Notes under the pieces: generated by a model
What the model saw: only the letters and a program-made list of their open reading frames with translations
Told to the model about the DNA's origin: nothing
The model's database searches: none
Source: Dictyostelium discoideum
Taxonomy: Eukaryota
Reading direction: 5' to 3'
DNA length: 64,000 bases
Assembly: GCA_000004695.1 (NCBI GenBank)
Contig: CM000150.2
Location: forward strand, 416,001 to 480,000
Made by a program: the position numbers and the translations under genes
In this document: positions 1-11,479 of the stretch, piece by piece
Numbering within the stretch: position 1 is the first letter of the stretch
Layout: the number at the start of each line of letters is the position of its first letter

Positions 1-538
1 ATCAACAATGAAACCAACCTTATGGAAACCAATCGCCGGTAGTTACAATACCATTCCAGGTGAGTCAACCATTTGTGGTGATATTCGTTTAACTCCATTC
101 TATGATATGAAAGAAATGCGTGCAAAAGTTGAAGGTTATATCAAAGATATCAATGCCAATATCACTGAACTTCGTAATAGAGGTCCATACAGTAAATATG
201 ATGTACCAGCCTCTGAAGGTGTTGAACCAGTCAAAGGTTCAGTCTCTATTGAATGGTTAGGTGAAGCATCAGCTGGTGTCGCTTGTAAACTCGACTCTGA
301 TGGTTACAAAGCACTTGGTAAAGCTACTTCTGAAATTTTAGGTTCATTAACTCCAGTTGCAACTTGTGGTACTCTTCCTTTGGTTCGTGATCTCCAAGAT
401 AGTGGTTTCGATATTCAAATTACTGGTTTTGGTAAAGAAGAAACTTATCATGCTGATAATGAATATGCTTTATTATCTGATTTTAAAAATGCTATTAAAA
501 TTTTATCTCGTACAATTGATTTATTAGAAAAAAATTAA
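1..538 (+). CDS. 3'-terminal part (about 178 aa, 5' end lies outside the window) of a peptidase M20-family enzyme (ArgE/DapE/ACY1-like; possibly acetylornithine deacetylase)
   Basis: The open frame runs from the window edge (codon phase starting at nt 2) to TAA at 536-538. The C-terminal motif '...GFGKEETYHADNEYALLSDF...' matches the conserved H-x-x-NE-Y(V) metal/dimerisation region near the C-terminus of M20 peptidases. Codon usage is Dictyostelium-like. Confidence 0.6.
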   Translation, partial: STMKPTLWKPIAGSYNTIPGESTICGDIRLTPFYDMKEMRAKVEGYIKDINANITELRNRGPYSKYDVPASEGVEPVKGSVSIEWLGEASAGVACKLDSDGYKALGKATSEILGSLTPVATCGTLPLVRDLQDSGFDIQITGFGKEETYHADNEYALLSDFKNAIKILSRTIDLLEKN

Positions 539-595
539 ATTAAAATCCAATAAAACTCTTTTTTTATAAATTAATTAATTTTATTATTTCAATTT

Positions 596-709
596 TTAAT
601 AAAATATAAAAAAAATTAAAAATAATAATAAAATTATTAAATTTTTTGAAATTAAATTAAAATTATTATTTGAATTATTAAAATTTTCATTTAAATTTTC
701 ATTTAATAA

Positions 710-744
<35 letters not shown>

Positions 745-1778
745 AATTTGAATTTAATGATTTTTTATTAATTGAACATAAAAAATTATTATATTGACAA
801 GTTATTTGATCACCAAAACATGAAACATATTCAGTTTGATTTTTACATTTAACTTTACCAAATGAATCAATTAAACATTTTGTATTATCATCATTTAAAC
901 ATTTAATTGTTGTTGAATTATTTGATTTACAAATAATATCTTCATCTCTTGATTTAATTTTAATACCTTCATCATAATAACTATCTTGATTTGAATTATT
1001 ATTATTTAATTTAATTGATTCACAAATAAATGATGAATAAGTTTTTAAATTTGGTAAACAAGCATATTTTGATTTTAAATAAAAATTAAAAGTGCTCATT
1101 GGATATTCTTCATATTTTTCTAAACTATGTTCAACACCATGTTCACATGAAATTATAATTTTTGATTTTCTATCTTGACTTAAAAAAGTTAAAATAATTT
1201 CATTTTGTTTTAATTCAAATGGTAATAATTGATTAATTAATCCAGTTTTAAATATCTCACCAGTACTAATTGTTTGACATGATTGAGTTTCATTATCATT
1301 TAATATTGAATTACAAATTTCATTTTTTGAACAAATTGAAAAATAATACTATTGTTTTTTTTTTTAATTTAACTATTAATAAAAATAATTTGTTTTTTGA
1401 TAATATTAAAAATTTTAAAATAGTTACATTAAATAAAAATGATCTATTTTCAGTATAATTTAAAGAAACACCTTTTAATGAAGATAAATCATAATAATAA
1501 TTTGAATCATTAAATATACATTTATTATACATTTCAATTATTAATTTATTACTATTTAAATCATTTGTTAATGATAATGATGATGGTGATACTGATGGTG
1601 ATACTGATGGTGATACTGATGATGATGATAATGAAGATGAAGGTTGAATATTTGATGTTTGAAAAAATGGATCACCTATATAATCATAAAAATAATAGCT
1701 TAAGGGTTCATTTGGTTCTTCTCCAGAAATTAAAATTAAAATTAAAAAAAAAAATAATAAAATTGTTTTTAAAAACAT
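596..1778 (-). CDS. Secreted Cys-rich protein, 2 exons (exon1 1428..1778, intron 1349..1427, exon2 596..1348; about 368 aa). It has a signal peptide, a (SVSP)n Ser/Pro-rich stretch, Cys-rich modules, a poly-Asn run and a hydrophobic C-terminus (possible GPI signal).
   Basis: ATG at 1778 followed by a hydrophobic leader (MFLKTILLFFFLILILISG). Donor AAT|GTAACT at 1428/1427 and acceptor CAATAG|TAT at 1349/1348 join the two frames in phase 0. Exon 2 contains '...SCEHGVEHSLEKYEEYPMSTFNFYLKSKYACLP...', homologous to '...KTIYACPLP...' in the 4108-5374 gene. The C-terminus 'LIILLLFLIFFIFY' is hydrophobic. Confidence 0.6.
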
Positions 1779-3659
1779 TTTTATAATTTTTTTATTTTTT
1801 TTTATTTTTAATAATATAAAAAAAAAAATATAAATAAATGAATATTTAAATAATTATTTTTAAACTTTTTTTTTTTTTTTTTTTTATTTTTAAAATTAAA
1901 ATTTATATTATTAATAATAATAATAATTAATATAAATTTTATTTTTAATCATTTTTACAATTGTTCAATTAATTTATTTATTTTTTTTACTTTTGGTTAT
2001 TTTTAAAATTAATAATAAAAAAAATAATTATTTTATTGTGTTGCTAATGTAAAAATCAAAAAAATCAAAATTAACAAAATTCACTAACCCATTTCATTTT
2101 TTTGTCCACCCACAATAAATATAAAAACAAAAAATGAAAATTAATTTTGAAAATTATTGTTATTCCCCAATTAGAAATTTTTAAAAAAATATTAATTTTG
2201 AAAATTTAGATTTATTTAATTATCTTTTATTTCATGAATGTATCAGTGTGTGTGTGGTTGTTTACACATAAAAATAAAATTTGAATTTGATTATTACAAT
2301 TTTAATTTTTAAAATAAATTCCAAAATTAATACTATTTTTTTTACTATTCATAACTACAATTTTTTATTTATATATAAAACATATTTAAATTTTATTATA
2401 AAAATGCCAATTTTTAACTTTTTTTTATATTCTTTGTTTTTATTTTTTTTTTTTTTACCATTCATATAAAACAGATAATAGATAAGTCATATATGGAGAT
2501 TTGATCAATAGATTTTTTTTAAAAGTAATTTGAATAATTAGAACTATTTTTAACCTTAACCTAAAACTTTTTTTAATACTGGCAAACTTTTTTATTTTTT
2601 ATTTTTTTTTTTCTGGCCCGAGGAATAAGAAAGATAAAATGTAAAAATGAAAAAAAAAATTGAATAAATATTAAAGTTTTAAGGTGTTCCCAAACAACTT
2701 GAGTCTTACCTGTGGTTAATCTGTTTTTTTCCCTACAACTTTTTTAAATTGGGGTCATTTTGCCTCCAAAAATATTATTATACTTTTGTTTCTCCTCTTC
2801 TTTTTTTATTTTTTTATAAATATAATTTTTTTTTTTTTTTAAAGTTTAGTGATTTTTAAGTTTAACCCATTTATTTTATATATATAAACTAACAACATAA
2901 CAAACAACAAAAATTAAACTTTTATTAATGAAAAATGGATGAGGGCGAAAATTAGTTTTCAGATTGAGAAGAAGAAATTTAAGACATTAGTTTTCTCAAG
3001 GGATAAAGAACAAATATTCAAACAAGAGGTAGTAAATAACTATTTTAATTTTGATTTAAAAAACAACACCCAATCATTGATTTCACAAATTCAATTGATG
3101 AGGATATATTTTCTTATGATTATGATCATGTATCTATCCAATTTTTACCTTCAAAATCAAATGAAATTTTTGATTTAAGAGTTTGGAAAATTGTATTAAA
3201 GTTAGTGCTAATAACACCTTTTTTTTTTTTTTTGAAATTTTTTGATTAATCAAGCTTTTGAATTGGTAACATTCAAATCACATTTATGAAAAATATGTAA
3301 TTTAATTGAGGAATTCAAGGAGAATCTAATGAAATTTCATTATCAAAATATAAAAATGGTAAAATTAATTTTTTCCAATTTTAACTTTTTAAAAAAAACT
3401 ATATAAAAATATCAAATAATAATAATTATAAATAAATAAACAAATAGATTCAATAAATAAATAATTACAAAGAGGTCTCTTCAATGGTACACCACCCTTT
3501 CTAACAGTAGTCAAGTTGATCAGAGAAAGAACAACCATAATCATTAGTAGTAAATAATAAATTGAAATCATTATTATTAGTTAATAATAAAACAATTAAA
3601 AATAATATATAATAATAATTTATAAAATCACTTCAAATAAAATCACGACCTAACAGGCT

Positions 3660-3990
3660 GACTACAATGTTTTTTTTTTTAAAAAAAAAAATTTACCAAA
3701 CCGATTTCAAAGGTTTTTTAAAAAAAATGGACCAAATGGGCAATTATAAGGTTTTTTTTTTTTTTTTAAAAAAAAAAATATATATACCATATTGATCTCA
3801 TAACTACATGGGCTTATGAAAAGGTTTTTTTTTAAAAAAAAAAATAAAATATAAAATATAAAAAATAAAAAAAATATTAAATAAATAAATTAAACCTCAA
3901 TAATTTATTAAAATATTATAATATTGAGAAGATAATTAACCATAAAACAATTATTTTTTAAAAAAAAAAAAAAAAAAAAAATACAATTAT
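3660..3990. repeat. Array of four to five T(9-16)A(8-11) perfect palindromic blocks separated by 25-45 nt unique G/C-containing spacers
   Basis: Direct reading shows ggT11A11 at about 3664, ggT16A11 at about 3753, ggT9A10 at about 3824 and T6A23 at about 3958, each preceded by a short non-AT-rich segment (e.g. 'atcacgacctaacaggctgactacaatg', 'tggaccaaatgggcaattataagg', 'catgggcttatgaaaagg'). Confidence 0.5.
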
Positions 3991-4107
3991 ATACCAAGGA
4001 AAAAAAAAAAAAAAAAAAAAGTAAAATAAAATAATATAAAATAAAAATTAGTCTATTTTCTTTCCAAACAAATATTTCTATTGTGTTTATTATTAATTTT
4101 TTTATTT

Positions 4108-5374
4108 TTATAAAATTAAAAATAATAATATTAAAGTTAAATAAATAAAAATATTGAATGAAAAAATTAAAGTTGAAGAAGAATTAATTTGTCTTTGTTG
4201 TTGTTGTTGTTGATTTTCTTGAATAATTAATTCATCACTACCAAAAGTATTTGAATTAATTACTAAATCATTAACATTTAAACCTGAATATAATTTAGTA
4301 TTAATTTTACAAGTGAAATATGAAGTTTTACAAACAATATGATTACCACTACAAGAGATAAAAGAATTTGGTGTTGTGCATGTGATAACTCCATTTGGTT
4401 GATCAGTTCCACATGTTGAACCTTCTTCTGTTATACAATTAGTTTTTCCATTACCAGTACAAACAATTAATTCTGTACTATTTATAAATAAACCATTTTC
4501 ATTTGATTCACAATAAATTGGTGAATTATTTGGTGTTGAAGTTGGTGTTGAAGTTGGTGTTGAAGTTGGTGTTGAAGTTGGTGATTGAGTTGGTGATTGA
4601 GTTGGTGATTGAGTTGGTGATTGAGTTGGTGATTGAGTTGGTGATGGAGTTGGTGATTGAGTTGATGTTTGAGTTGGTGATGGAGTTGGTTTTGGTAATG
4701 GACATGCATATATTGTTTTAATATAAATATCATAAACACACATTGGACTTTCAGTTTGTTTTTCAATTGTAAATTCATATTCTGGACTACATTTATAATA
4801 ATAATTTGAACTTCTATTATTACCATTTGGACAAATTACATTTGGACCACTTTGTGTACCTGAAGCATTATAACTGATTTTAAGGCTATATTCAGATAAT
4901 GGATTGAGTGAAAATTGACCTTTTCCAAAATTACCAATTTCAAAAAAACCTCTTTCAACATGTTGACATGATTGAATATTATCTCCAATACTTGAACAAC
5001 CATTATTTACTGAACAAACTGCAAATGAATACTTTTTTTTTTTTTTTTTTTTTAATTTTTTTTTTTTTAATTTTTTTTTTTTTAATTTTTTTTTTTTTTT
5101 AATTATTAAAAAAATAAATAAATAAATAAAAAAAAGTATAAAAATAAAATTGGTTAAAAAATTTTTTAATATAAAAAAAAAAAAAAAAATAAAAATTAAA
5201 AAATATAATAATATTTACATCAGTATAATGATTTACTCGATACAAGAATGTAGAATTCTTTATTAAAGACATATCAATTATATGAGTTGAATTTTGAAAA
5301 ATACATGTTTCTAATGATGATTTAACTACACTAAGAAATGTAGATAAAATAAATAATAAAATATATTTATTCAT
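4108..5374 (-). CDS. Paralog of the 596-1778 gene: secreted Cys-rich protein, 2 exons (exon1 5219..5374, intron 5032..5218, exon2 4108..5031; about 359 aa). It has (SPTQ)n/(TSTP)n spacer repeats and a hydrophobic C-terminus.
   Basis: ATG at 5374 with signal peptide MNKYILLFILSTFLSVVKS. Donor GAT|GTAAAT at 5219/5218 and acceptor AAAG|TATTCA at 5032/5031 are both phase 0. Exon 2 reads '...YSFAVCSVNNGCSSIGDNIQSCQHVERGFFEIGNFGKGQFSLNPLSEY...ESPMCVYDIYIKTIYACPLPKPTPSPTQ...'. The intron contains (T13AA)4. The C-terminal tail 'LIFSFNIFIYLTLILLFLIL' is hydrophobic. Confidence 0.6.
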
Positions 5375-5445
5375 TATTTTCTTTTTTTTTTTTTTTTTTT
5401 TCTTTTTCTATATAAAAAAAAAAAAAAAAAATTTAATAACAAGAA

Positions 5446-5489
<44 letters not shown>

Positions 5490-5980
5490 CTCGGTTTGTT
5501 TGGCTGGAAAATGTTTTGGGCATAAAAATAGAAAACTTTTTTTTATTTTTATTTTTTTTTTTTTACGAAATTTTCTTTGATTATCAAGAAAAAAAAAAAA
5601 AAAAAAAAGTTATTATTCACAACTGTTTATAAAATTTAGGTTTTTAAAAAAAAAGTTAACACTTGTTTTAGATTAATATTTAATCAACACCCAATTTTTT
5701 TTACTCTTCCAAAAAAAAATAATAAAAAAAAAAAAAAAAATTTTACCGCCTTTCTTTGATTGTAGATAAAAAATCAAAGCCATCCAAATTTATTCAAAAC
5801 TTTGGAATTTATTTATTTTTTTTAATAATAATATTTTATAATCATAATTAATAAATAAATTTATTTTTGGTTTTTTTTTTTTTTGTCAAATTCTATCTGC
5901 AAAGAATAATTTCCAAAAAAAAAAAATAAAATAAAAAAAATAAATAAAAATTAAATATTTAACTTTTTTGATACAAAAAG

Positions 5981-6014
<34 letters not shown>

Positions 6015-6768
6015 TAATAATTAAATGGTTAAAAAGTATTTGGAATTTGAAATAAATTATTCTTCAAATTACCAAATTCAGAAAGACTGATATTGGAATA
6101 AGGTAATCTTTGGCAATTTGAATTTTAATTTCTAAAAAAAAATTTTTAATTATTTCTATTGGATATTGAATGTTAATAATATTATGTTGAGGAGAATAGT
6201 TTTTATTTTAGGTTTATAAAGTTGATGATTTATTCTCCATTTCATTTGAGAATAAGATATCATATAATTTTGACATCTCTGTAGAAAATCCAAATTCATA
6301 TCTGACTTGCTATTATACTCCTACATAAAGATAGCCTAAATAAATATAAAAAAATTTAAAAAAAAAAAATAAAAAAATAAAAAAAAAAAATTTCATTACA
6401 AAAATGGTGAAAAGTAATTTTATGTGCACCGCTTGGTTTGTGGATTCTTTTTTTTTTTTACTTTTATTTTTTACTTTCAATTTCATTATAAAAATATTAA
6501 AAATATATATATATATTTAATAGACATGCCTATAGATTAAGTTAAAACCTATAAAAGGTCTTACTAGGATTTAAATTAATTTGAGCATGGAAACGTTGCA
6601 AAATCAATCTGCACTACTATCCAAATCATTAGAGGATGGCTGAAAAATAAAACTCTAGAAGTTTAATAGGATAGGTATCAAAGAGTTATTATTTTTATAT
6701 ATTATATAATAATATGTAAAATAAAGAGTTATTATATAATATTTAGGGTTTTAAATCTGGTTTTAAGA

Positions 6769-6803
<35 letters not shown>

Positions 6804-8006
6804 GAAATTAAAGTGGTCCTATTGATTTGGCAACATTTTCTCTCAAATTTATTTAAATTCTAAAACCTCTATAAAAAAAAAAAAAAAAATAATCATAAAA
6901 CTAAAACCTTTAATTTCTTATTTTGCAATTGTAAAATTTAAAAATAAAAAAAAAAAAAACAGCTAAATATTGTTTTATTTTTTTTTTTTTTTTTTTGAAT
7001 TAATCAAAAAAAGTAATATTATATTTTTATAATTTATGAAAATAATAATAATAAAAAAAATTAAAAAAATTAAAAAAAAAAAAAAAATAGATATTTTTTT
7101 AAAAAAAAAAAAAATTAAGTCACCTGACATTCAAAAATTTTTGTTTTGTTATTTTTTTCATTTTAAAAATAGAATAAGCAAATTAGTGAAAAGACCTTTC
7201 AAATAAATCTTTACTTTTTTTTTTTTTTTTTTGAAAATTCATTCTCAACAGCAACAACAACTCTTTTATATTTGCCCGGAATTTAAAAAATTCCCATGAT
7301 CATACATAAGGTCTCTTTTTTTAATTTTTTTATTTTTTAAAAAAAAGAAAATAAAAAAAAATAAAAAAGTAAACCGAAAATTTTTTTACTTTTTTTTTTG
7401 CTCTATTTTTTGTTGTCATAATTGAATCAGAAACTTTTTTTTAGTTATATGACAATATAAATTTATAATTTTAGTATTATCTGTTACCTTTTTTTTTTTT
7501 TTTTTTTTTTTAAAGAAGTTGATTATAACAAAAAAAAAATAAAAAATAAAAAATAAAAAAAAAAAAAATAATAAAAAAAAAACAGTAATAATAAAAAAAA
7601 AAAAACAAATAAACCATAAAAAAAACCAGTGGTTTAATATAAAAAAAAATTTAAAAAAAAAAAAATATGGTTGTTTAATTTAATATTGTGGTGAATTTAT
7701 CCATTTTTTTATTATCAAAAAAAAATTTTTTTATTCACCAGTGTTTTAATTTTATCCAAATTGTTTTTTTTTTTTTTGGGTTATGTAATTATGGCGTAAT
7801 AAAATTGGTGCTGAGTACAATATTATGTAAACAAAAACATAGGTTTTACATAGATTTTTATATTTTTTTTTTTCGAATACAAAAACCGGCCATTTTGATT
7901 TTTTTTTTTTTTTTTTTAATTTTTTTTTTAACAATTTAATTTTACCATTTTTTTTTCTTTTTTTTTTTTTTTTCGTTTGTTGTGTTCCATATATAACTAT
8001 ATAACT

Positions 8007-8066
8007 ATGTCTAACCAAAAGAAAAACGACGTATCTTCGTATGTGTTTTTTTTATATATTAAATAT

Positions 8067-8137
<71 letters not shown>

Positions 8138-8246
8138 AAATAAATATTAATTTAATATTAATAATATAATAATTCTAACATTAAAAATTTAATTTTTAAA
8201 AAAAAAAAAAAATAGATTTGTTAAAGGTTAGTTAAAAAAAGAAAAT

Positions 8247-8323
<77 letters not shown>

Positions 8324-9518
8324 TTGATAAAAAAAAATAAATCAGGTGACTAAACAAAAAAAAACCGAAAATAATAAATAAATCAAATGATCAAAAAAAA
8401 AAAAAAAATTCTAATATATAAATATTTAAAATAATTTTTTACTATTTAATTAGATTCTTTAATCGGTGGTACTGCCGGTGGTGTCTCAAAAACTATTGTT
8501 GCACCAATTGAACGTGTTAAATTATTATTACAAGTTCAATCTGCTTCAACTCAAATTGCTGCTGATAAACAATACAAAGGTATCGTCGATTGTTTTGTTA
8601 GAGTTTCAAAAGAACAAGGTGTCATCTCATTATGGAGAGGTAATTTAGCCAATGTTATTAGATATTTCCCAACTCAAGCTCTTAACTTTGCCTTCAAAGA
8701 TAAATACAAGAAATTCTTCGTCAGACACACTGCTAAAGAAAACCCAACCAAATTTTTCATTGGTAATTTATTATCTGGTGGTGCTGCTGGTGCAACCTCA
8801 TTACTCTTTGTTTACCCATTAGATTTTGCCCGTACTCGTTTAGCTGCTGATGTTGGTACTGGTTCAGCTCGTCAATTCACTGGTTTAGGTAACTGTATCT
8901 CTTCAATCTACAAGAGAGACGGTTTAATCGGTTTATACCGTGGTTTTGGTGTATCTGTCGGAGGTATCTTTGTCTACAGAGCTGCTTTCTTTGGTGGTTA
9001 CGATACTGCTAAAGGAATTTTATTAGGTGAAAACAACAAGAAAGCTTCATTCTGGGCTTCATGGGGTATCGCACAAGTTGTCACTACCATCGCTGGTGTA
9101 GTCAGCTACCCATTCGATACTGTTCGTAGAAGAATGATGATGCAAGCCGGTCGTGCTGATATTCTTTATTCAAGTACCTATATGACTATTTAACTACTAT
9201 TTCATTTCACTTTCACTCTACCTATCCAATTCACTATTTGTTTTTGTACTTTCTCATATAATTTTTTTTTCTCTCTCTCATCGGCCTCCTCTGTCCTTCT
9301 CATATAAATATTTTAATTGTATATTAATATAATCTTTTTTTTAATTTATAGGCACTTGGGATTGTTGGGTAAAGATTGCCACCCGTGAAGGTCCAACTGC
9401 CTTCTTCAAAGGTGCTTTATCAAATGCCATCAGAGGTTCAGGTGGTGCTTTAGTTTTAGTTATTTATGATGAAATCCAAAAACTTATGGGTTTTGAAGGT
9501 GGTGTTGGTTCTGAATAA
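8007..9518 (+). CDS. ancA: Mitochondrial ADP/ATP carrier (ADP/ATP translocase), 4 exons: 8007..8038, micro-exon 8216..8226 (11 nt), 8454..9173, 9352..9518; 309 aa
   Basis: The translation carries the mitochondrial-carrier signatures and ANT-specific motifs: '...[16 protein letters not shown]...[11 protein letters not shown]...[17 protein letters not shown]...[12 protein letters not shown]...[17 protein letters not shown]' in exon 3 and '[43 protein letters not shown]...GGVGSE*' in exon 4. Exon 1 is ATG..'[10 protein letters not shown]' ending in phase 2 at the GTATGT donor (8039). The only way to keep frame into exon 3 (acceptor TAG at 8451-8453) is through the 11-nt micro-exon 'ATTTGTTAAAG', flanked by TAG| and |GTTAGT. 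That gives N-terminus [24 protein letters not shown]. Intron 3 (9174-9351) runs GTACCT...TATAG. Confidence 0.9.
8074..8133. repeat. Poly(A) homopolymer of about 60 nt inside ancA intron 1
   Basis: Uninterrupted A run read directly in the sequence. Confidence 0.9.
8250..8319. repeat. (TAA)n microsatellite of about 23 units inside ancA intron 2
   Basis: Direct reading of 'taataataataa...' at 8250-8319. Confidence 0.9.
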
Positions 9519-9716
9519 GAAAATCCGCAAGAAAAAAAACAGGATTTTAACTAAAAAAAAAAACATACATGAAATATAAAATAAAACTTTTTAAAAAAAA
9601 AATACTATAAAAAAAACTATCTTTAATTTTGATAATTCTCTTTTTTTTTTGATTTTGTTATATTTTTATAATTACTGTGTGGTAATATTCCCTCCATATT
9701 CCGATCGATTTATTTT

Positions 9717-9850
9717 ATTTTTTTCGTAGAAGAATGATGATGAAAGCCGGTCTTGCTGATATACTTTATTCAAGTACCTATATGACTATTTAACTACTAT
9801 TTCATTTCACTTTCACTCCGTCTGTCCTATTCACCATTTGTTTTTGCACT
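9717..9850 (+). repeat. Degenerate duplicate of the ancA exon3/intron3 junction (matches 9124-9262), lying about 200 bp downstream of the ancA stop
   Basis: 9721-9850 'cgtagaagaatgatgatgaaagccggtcttgctgatatactttattcaagtacctatatgactatttaactactatttcatttcactttcactccgtctgtcctattcaccatttgtttttgcactttatcttat' aligns with 9124-9262 at roughly 90% identity. It includes the [17 protein letters not shown] coding end and the GTACCT intron start, with scattered substitutions. Confidence 0.8.
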
Positions 9851-10061
9851 TTATCTTATAAATTTAAAATAAATAATAATGCAATTTTTTTTATTTTTTT
9901 ATTTTGAAATTTCATTTAATTGTTTTAGTGTATGATTTTATTTGTTCGTGTAATCATTTTATTAATGCATTGAAATATTTAAATGATAAAATAATTAAAC
10001 TAATATTTATATTATTGAATTGGCTTGGGTAAGTGAAAAAACTATAATTACTATTATTATT

Positions 10062-10082
10062 TATTATTTTTTTTTAATATTA

Positions 10083-10113
<31 letters not shown>

Positions 10114-11479
10114 AACGGACATGCATTTTTGGATGATGCATAGATTGTTTGATTGCAAATGGAGTTATTAACAGTGGTTAAGACGGTGAATTCAGTATTG
10201 GAGCATCTAATATATACCTTTATCTCTGGTTTGGTTGTACAAATGGTAGGGGTAGATGATGAATTAAATGAAATTAAAATATTGTTTGATGTGTTACTAC
10301 TTGCAATAAATGGTACTTTGGATACTGTAGGTTTATCAAGGAATGGAATGGTTGTTTTTCCAAGTCCTAAAATAAGACAACCATAATACTTTCCACTTAA
10401 TCTTGAGAATTTATTACATACATCAACAGTACCACCGAAATTGAAAAGGAATCTATTGGGTTCTAGAGCTGACGAATATGGATTTGATGATGATGTTCTT
10501 TAATAATTTTTTTTTTTTATCAGTAAAATAAAATCTATAAAAGAAAATAATAATAATAATAATAATAAAATACATACAATTTCAATGATCTTAAATCATA
10601 TTGATTGCCACCAAATAAGTATTTGTTTTCAATTGGACAGGCAAATTTAGTGGAGATTTGTTGGATACCTTGTACCATTGACTGAAACACGTTATTGAAT
10701 TGGACCCTCACCAGCTGTAGCAGTACATAAAGTTGATGTTTCACAAAGACTAAAATAAAAAATGTTGCTACCATTTGTTGTAGTATATTGTGATGGTCCT
10801 AAAACACTATTGAGATTAATTAATTAATTTAATTTTTTAAAAATATAAAATAAATAGGTTAGATAATAAAATAATGATAAATTAAAATAAAAATAAAATA
10901 AAAGAATACATACTTTGAAGTTGGTGATAAATCGAAAAATCTATTTTTAGAATCTTGGAAAACACATCTATTTTTAGAATCTTTAGTATGTGGACTATCC
11001 ACTCTAGCATTTTGAATGAAATCATAGTGGTTTGTATCAGAGTATGTATAAACATAATTGTAAAGACTATAAAATGGAATGGTTTTTGGATTTCCAACTT
11101 CTACAGTTAATAATGATTGAATAGAATTAACTTGGTCTTCCAATACACCAATCGAAGCACGAGAGGATATATCGGTTGTCTTTGATTGAGCAGAGGTTGA
11201 ATTTGATTCGAGTGATGATGTTTTTGGTGCAATGAATTGGAAATTACTTTCAAAGAAACACAAATTATTTGAATTTAATGATTGATAAATCATTGGTTTT
11301 TTATCATTATTGGCTGCATTTAATAACTCTATGAAATATGTTTTGAAATCATAAACATTTTCTTTATTACTTAACACATCAATTAAAAATGATACACTTG
11401 ATTCTTTAAAACCTTCTAATTCATATAAATCATAAAAGAATGATGTTATTGAAGAGCTGTAATATGATTGAACATTCAA
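10062..11479 (-). CDS. Ill-defined minus-strand gene or gene remnant: a long open frame at 10859-11479 with no ATG, and an open terminal-exon-like frame at about 10062-10498 ending in a hydrophobic tail (…ACPFYLFIYLFIYLFIIL*). The structure is not resolved.
   Basis: A 206-codon stop-free frame (10859-11479) has Dictyostelium-like composition, ends at a GTATGT donor (10913) and begins just after an in-frame TAA with only a TTG start. A second stop-free frame of about 145 codons (about 10062-10498) reads '...CNKFSRLSGKYYGCLILGLGKTTIPFLDKPTVSKVPFIASS...ICTTKPEIKVYIRCSNTEFTVLTTVNNSICNQ...'. I could not connect these in frame with canonical splice sites. Confidence 0.3.

Noticed and set aside
2700-2760. 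'CTTACCTG' (U1 snRNA 5' end-like) followed by an A/T-G-rich 'Sm-like' segment
   Set aside because: It is only about 40 nt between the elements, with no stem-loop architecture resembling U1. Most likely a chance 8-mer.
5032-5218. (T13AA)4 tandem repeat and a poly-Phe ORF (4908-5102, 5099-5374 extension)
   Set aside because: It lies inside the intron of the 4108-5374 gene. The poly-Phe translation is an artefact.
6585-6665. Possible box C/D snoRNA ('TGAGCATGG ... GGCTGA') in a moderately complex patch of the 5.4-8.0 kb intergenic region
   Set aside because: The C box deviates from RUGAUGA and no guide complementarity could be evaluated by eye. Support is insufficient. The 6050-6700 block may be a repeat relic and is worth an Rfam or repeat scan.
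8466-8648. Six-frame ORF '[22 protein letters not shown]...'
   Set aside because: It is an out-of-frame GTG-initiated reading of ancA exon 3. The authentic frame encodes the carrier signature.
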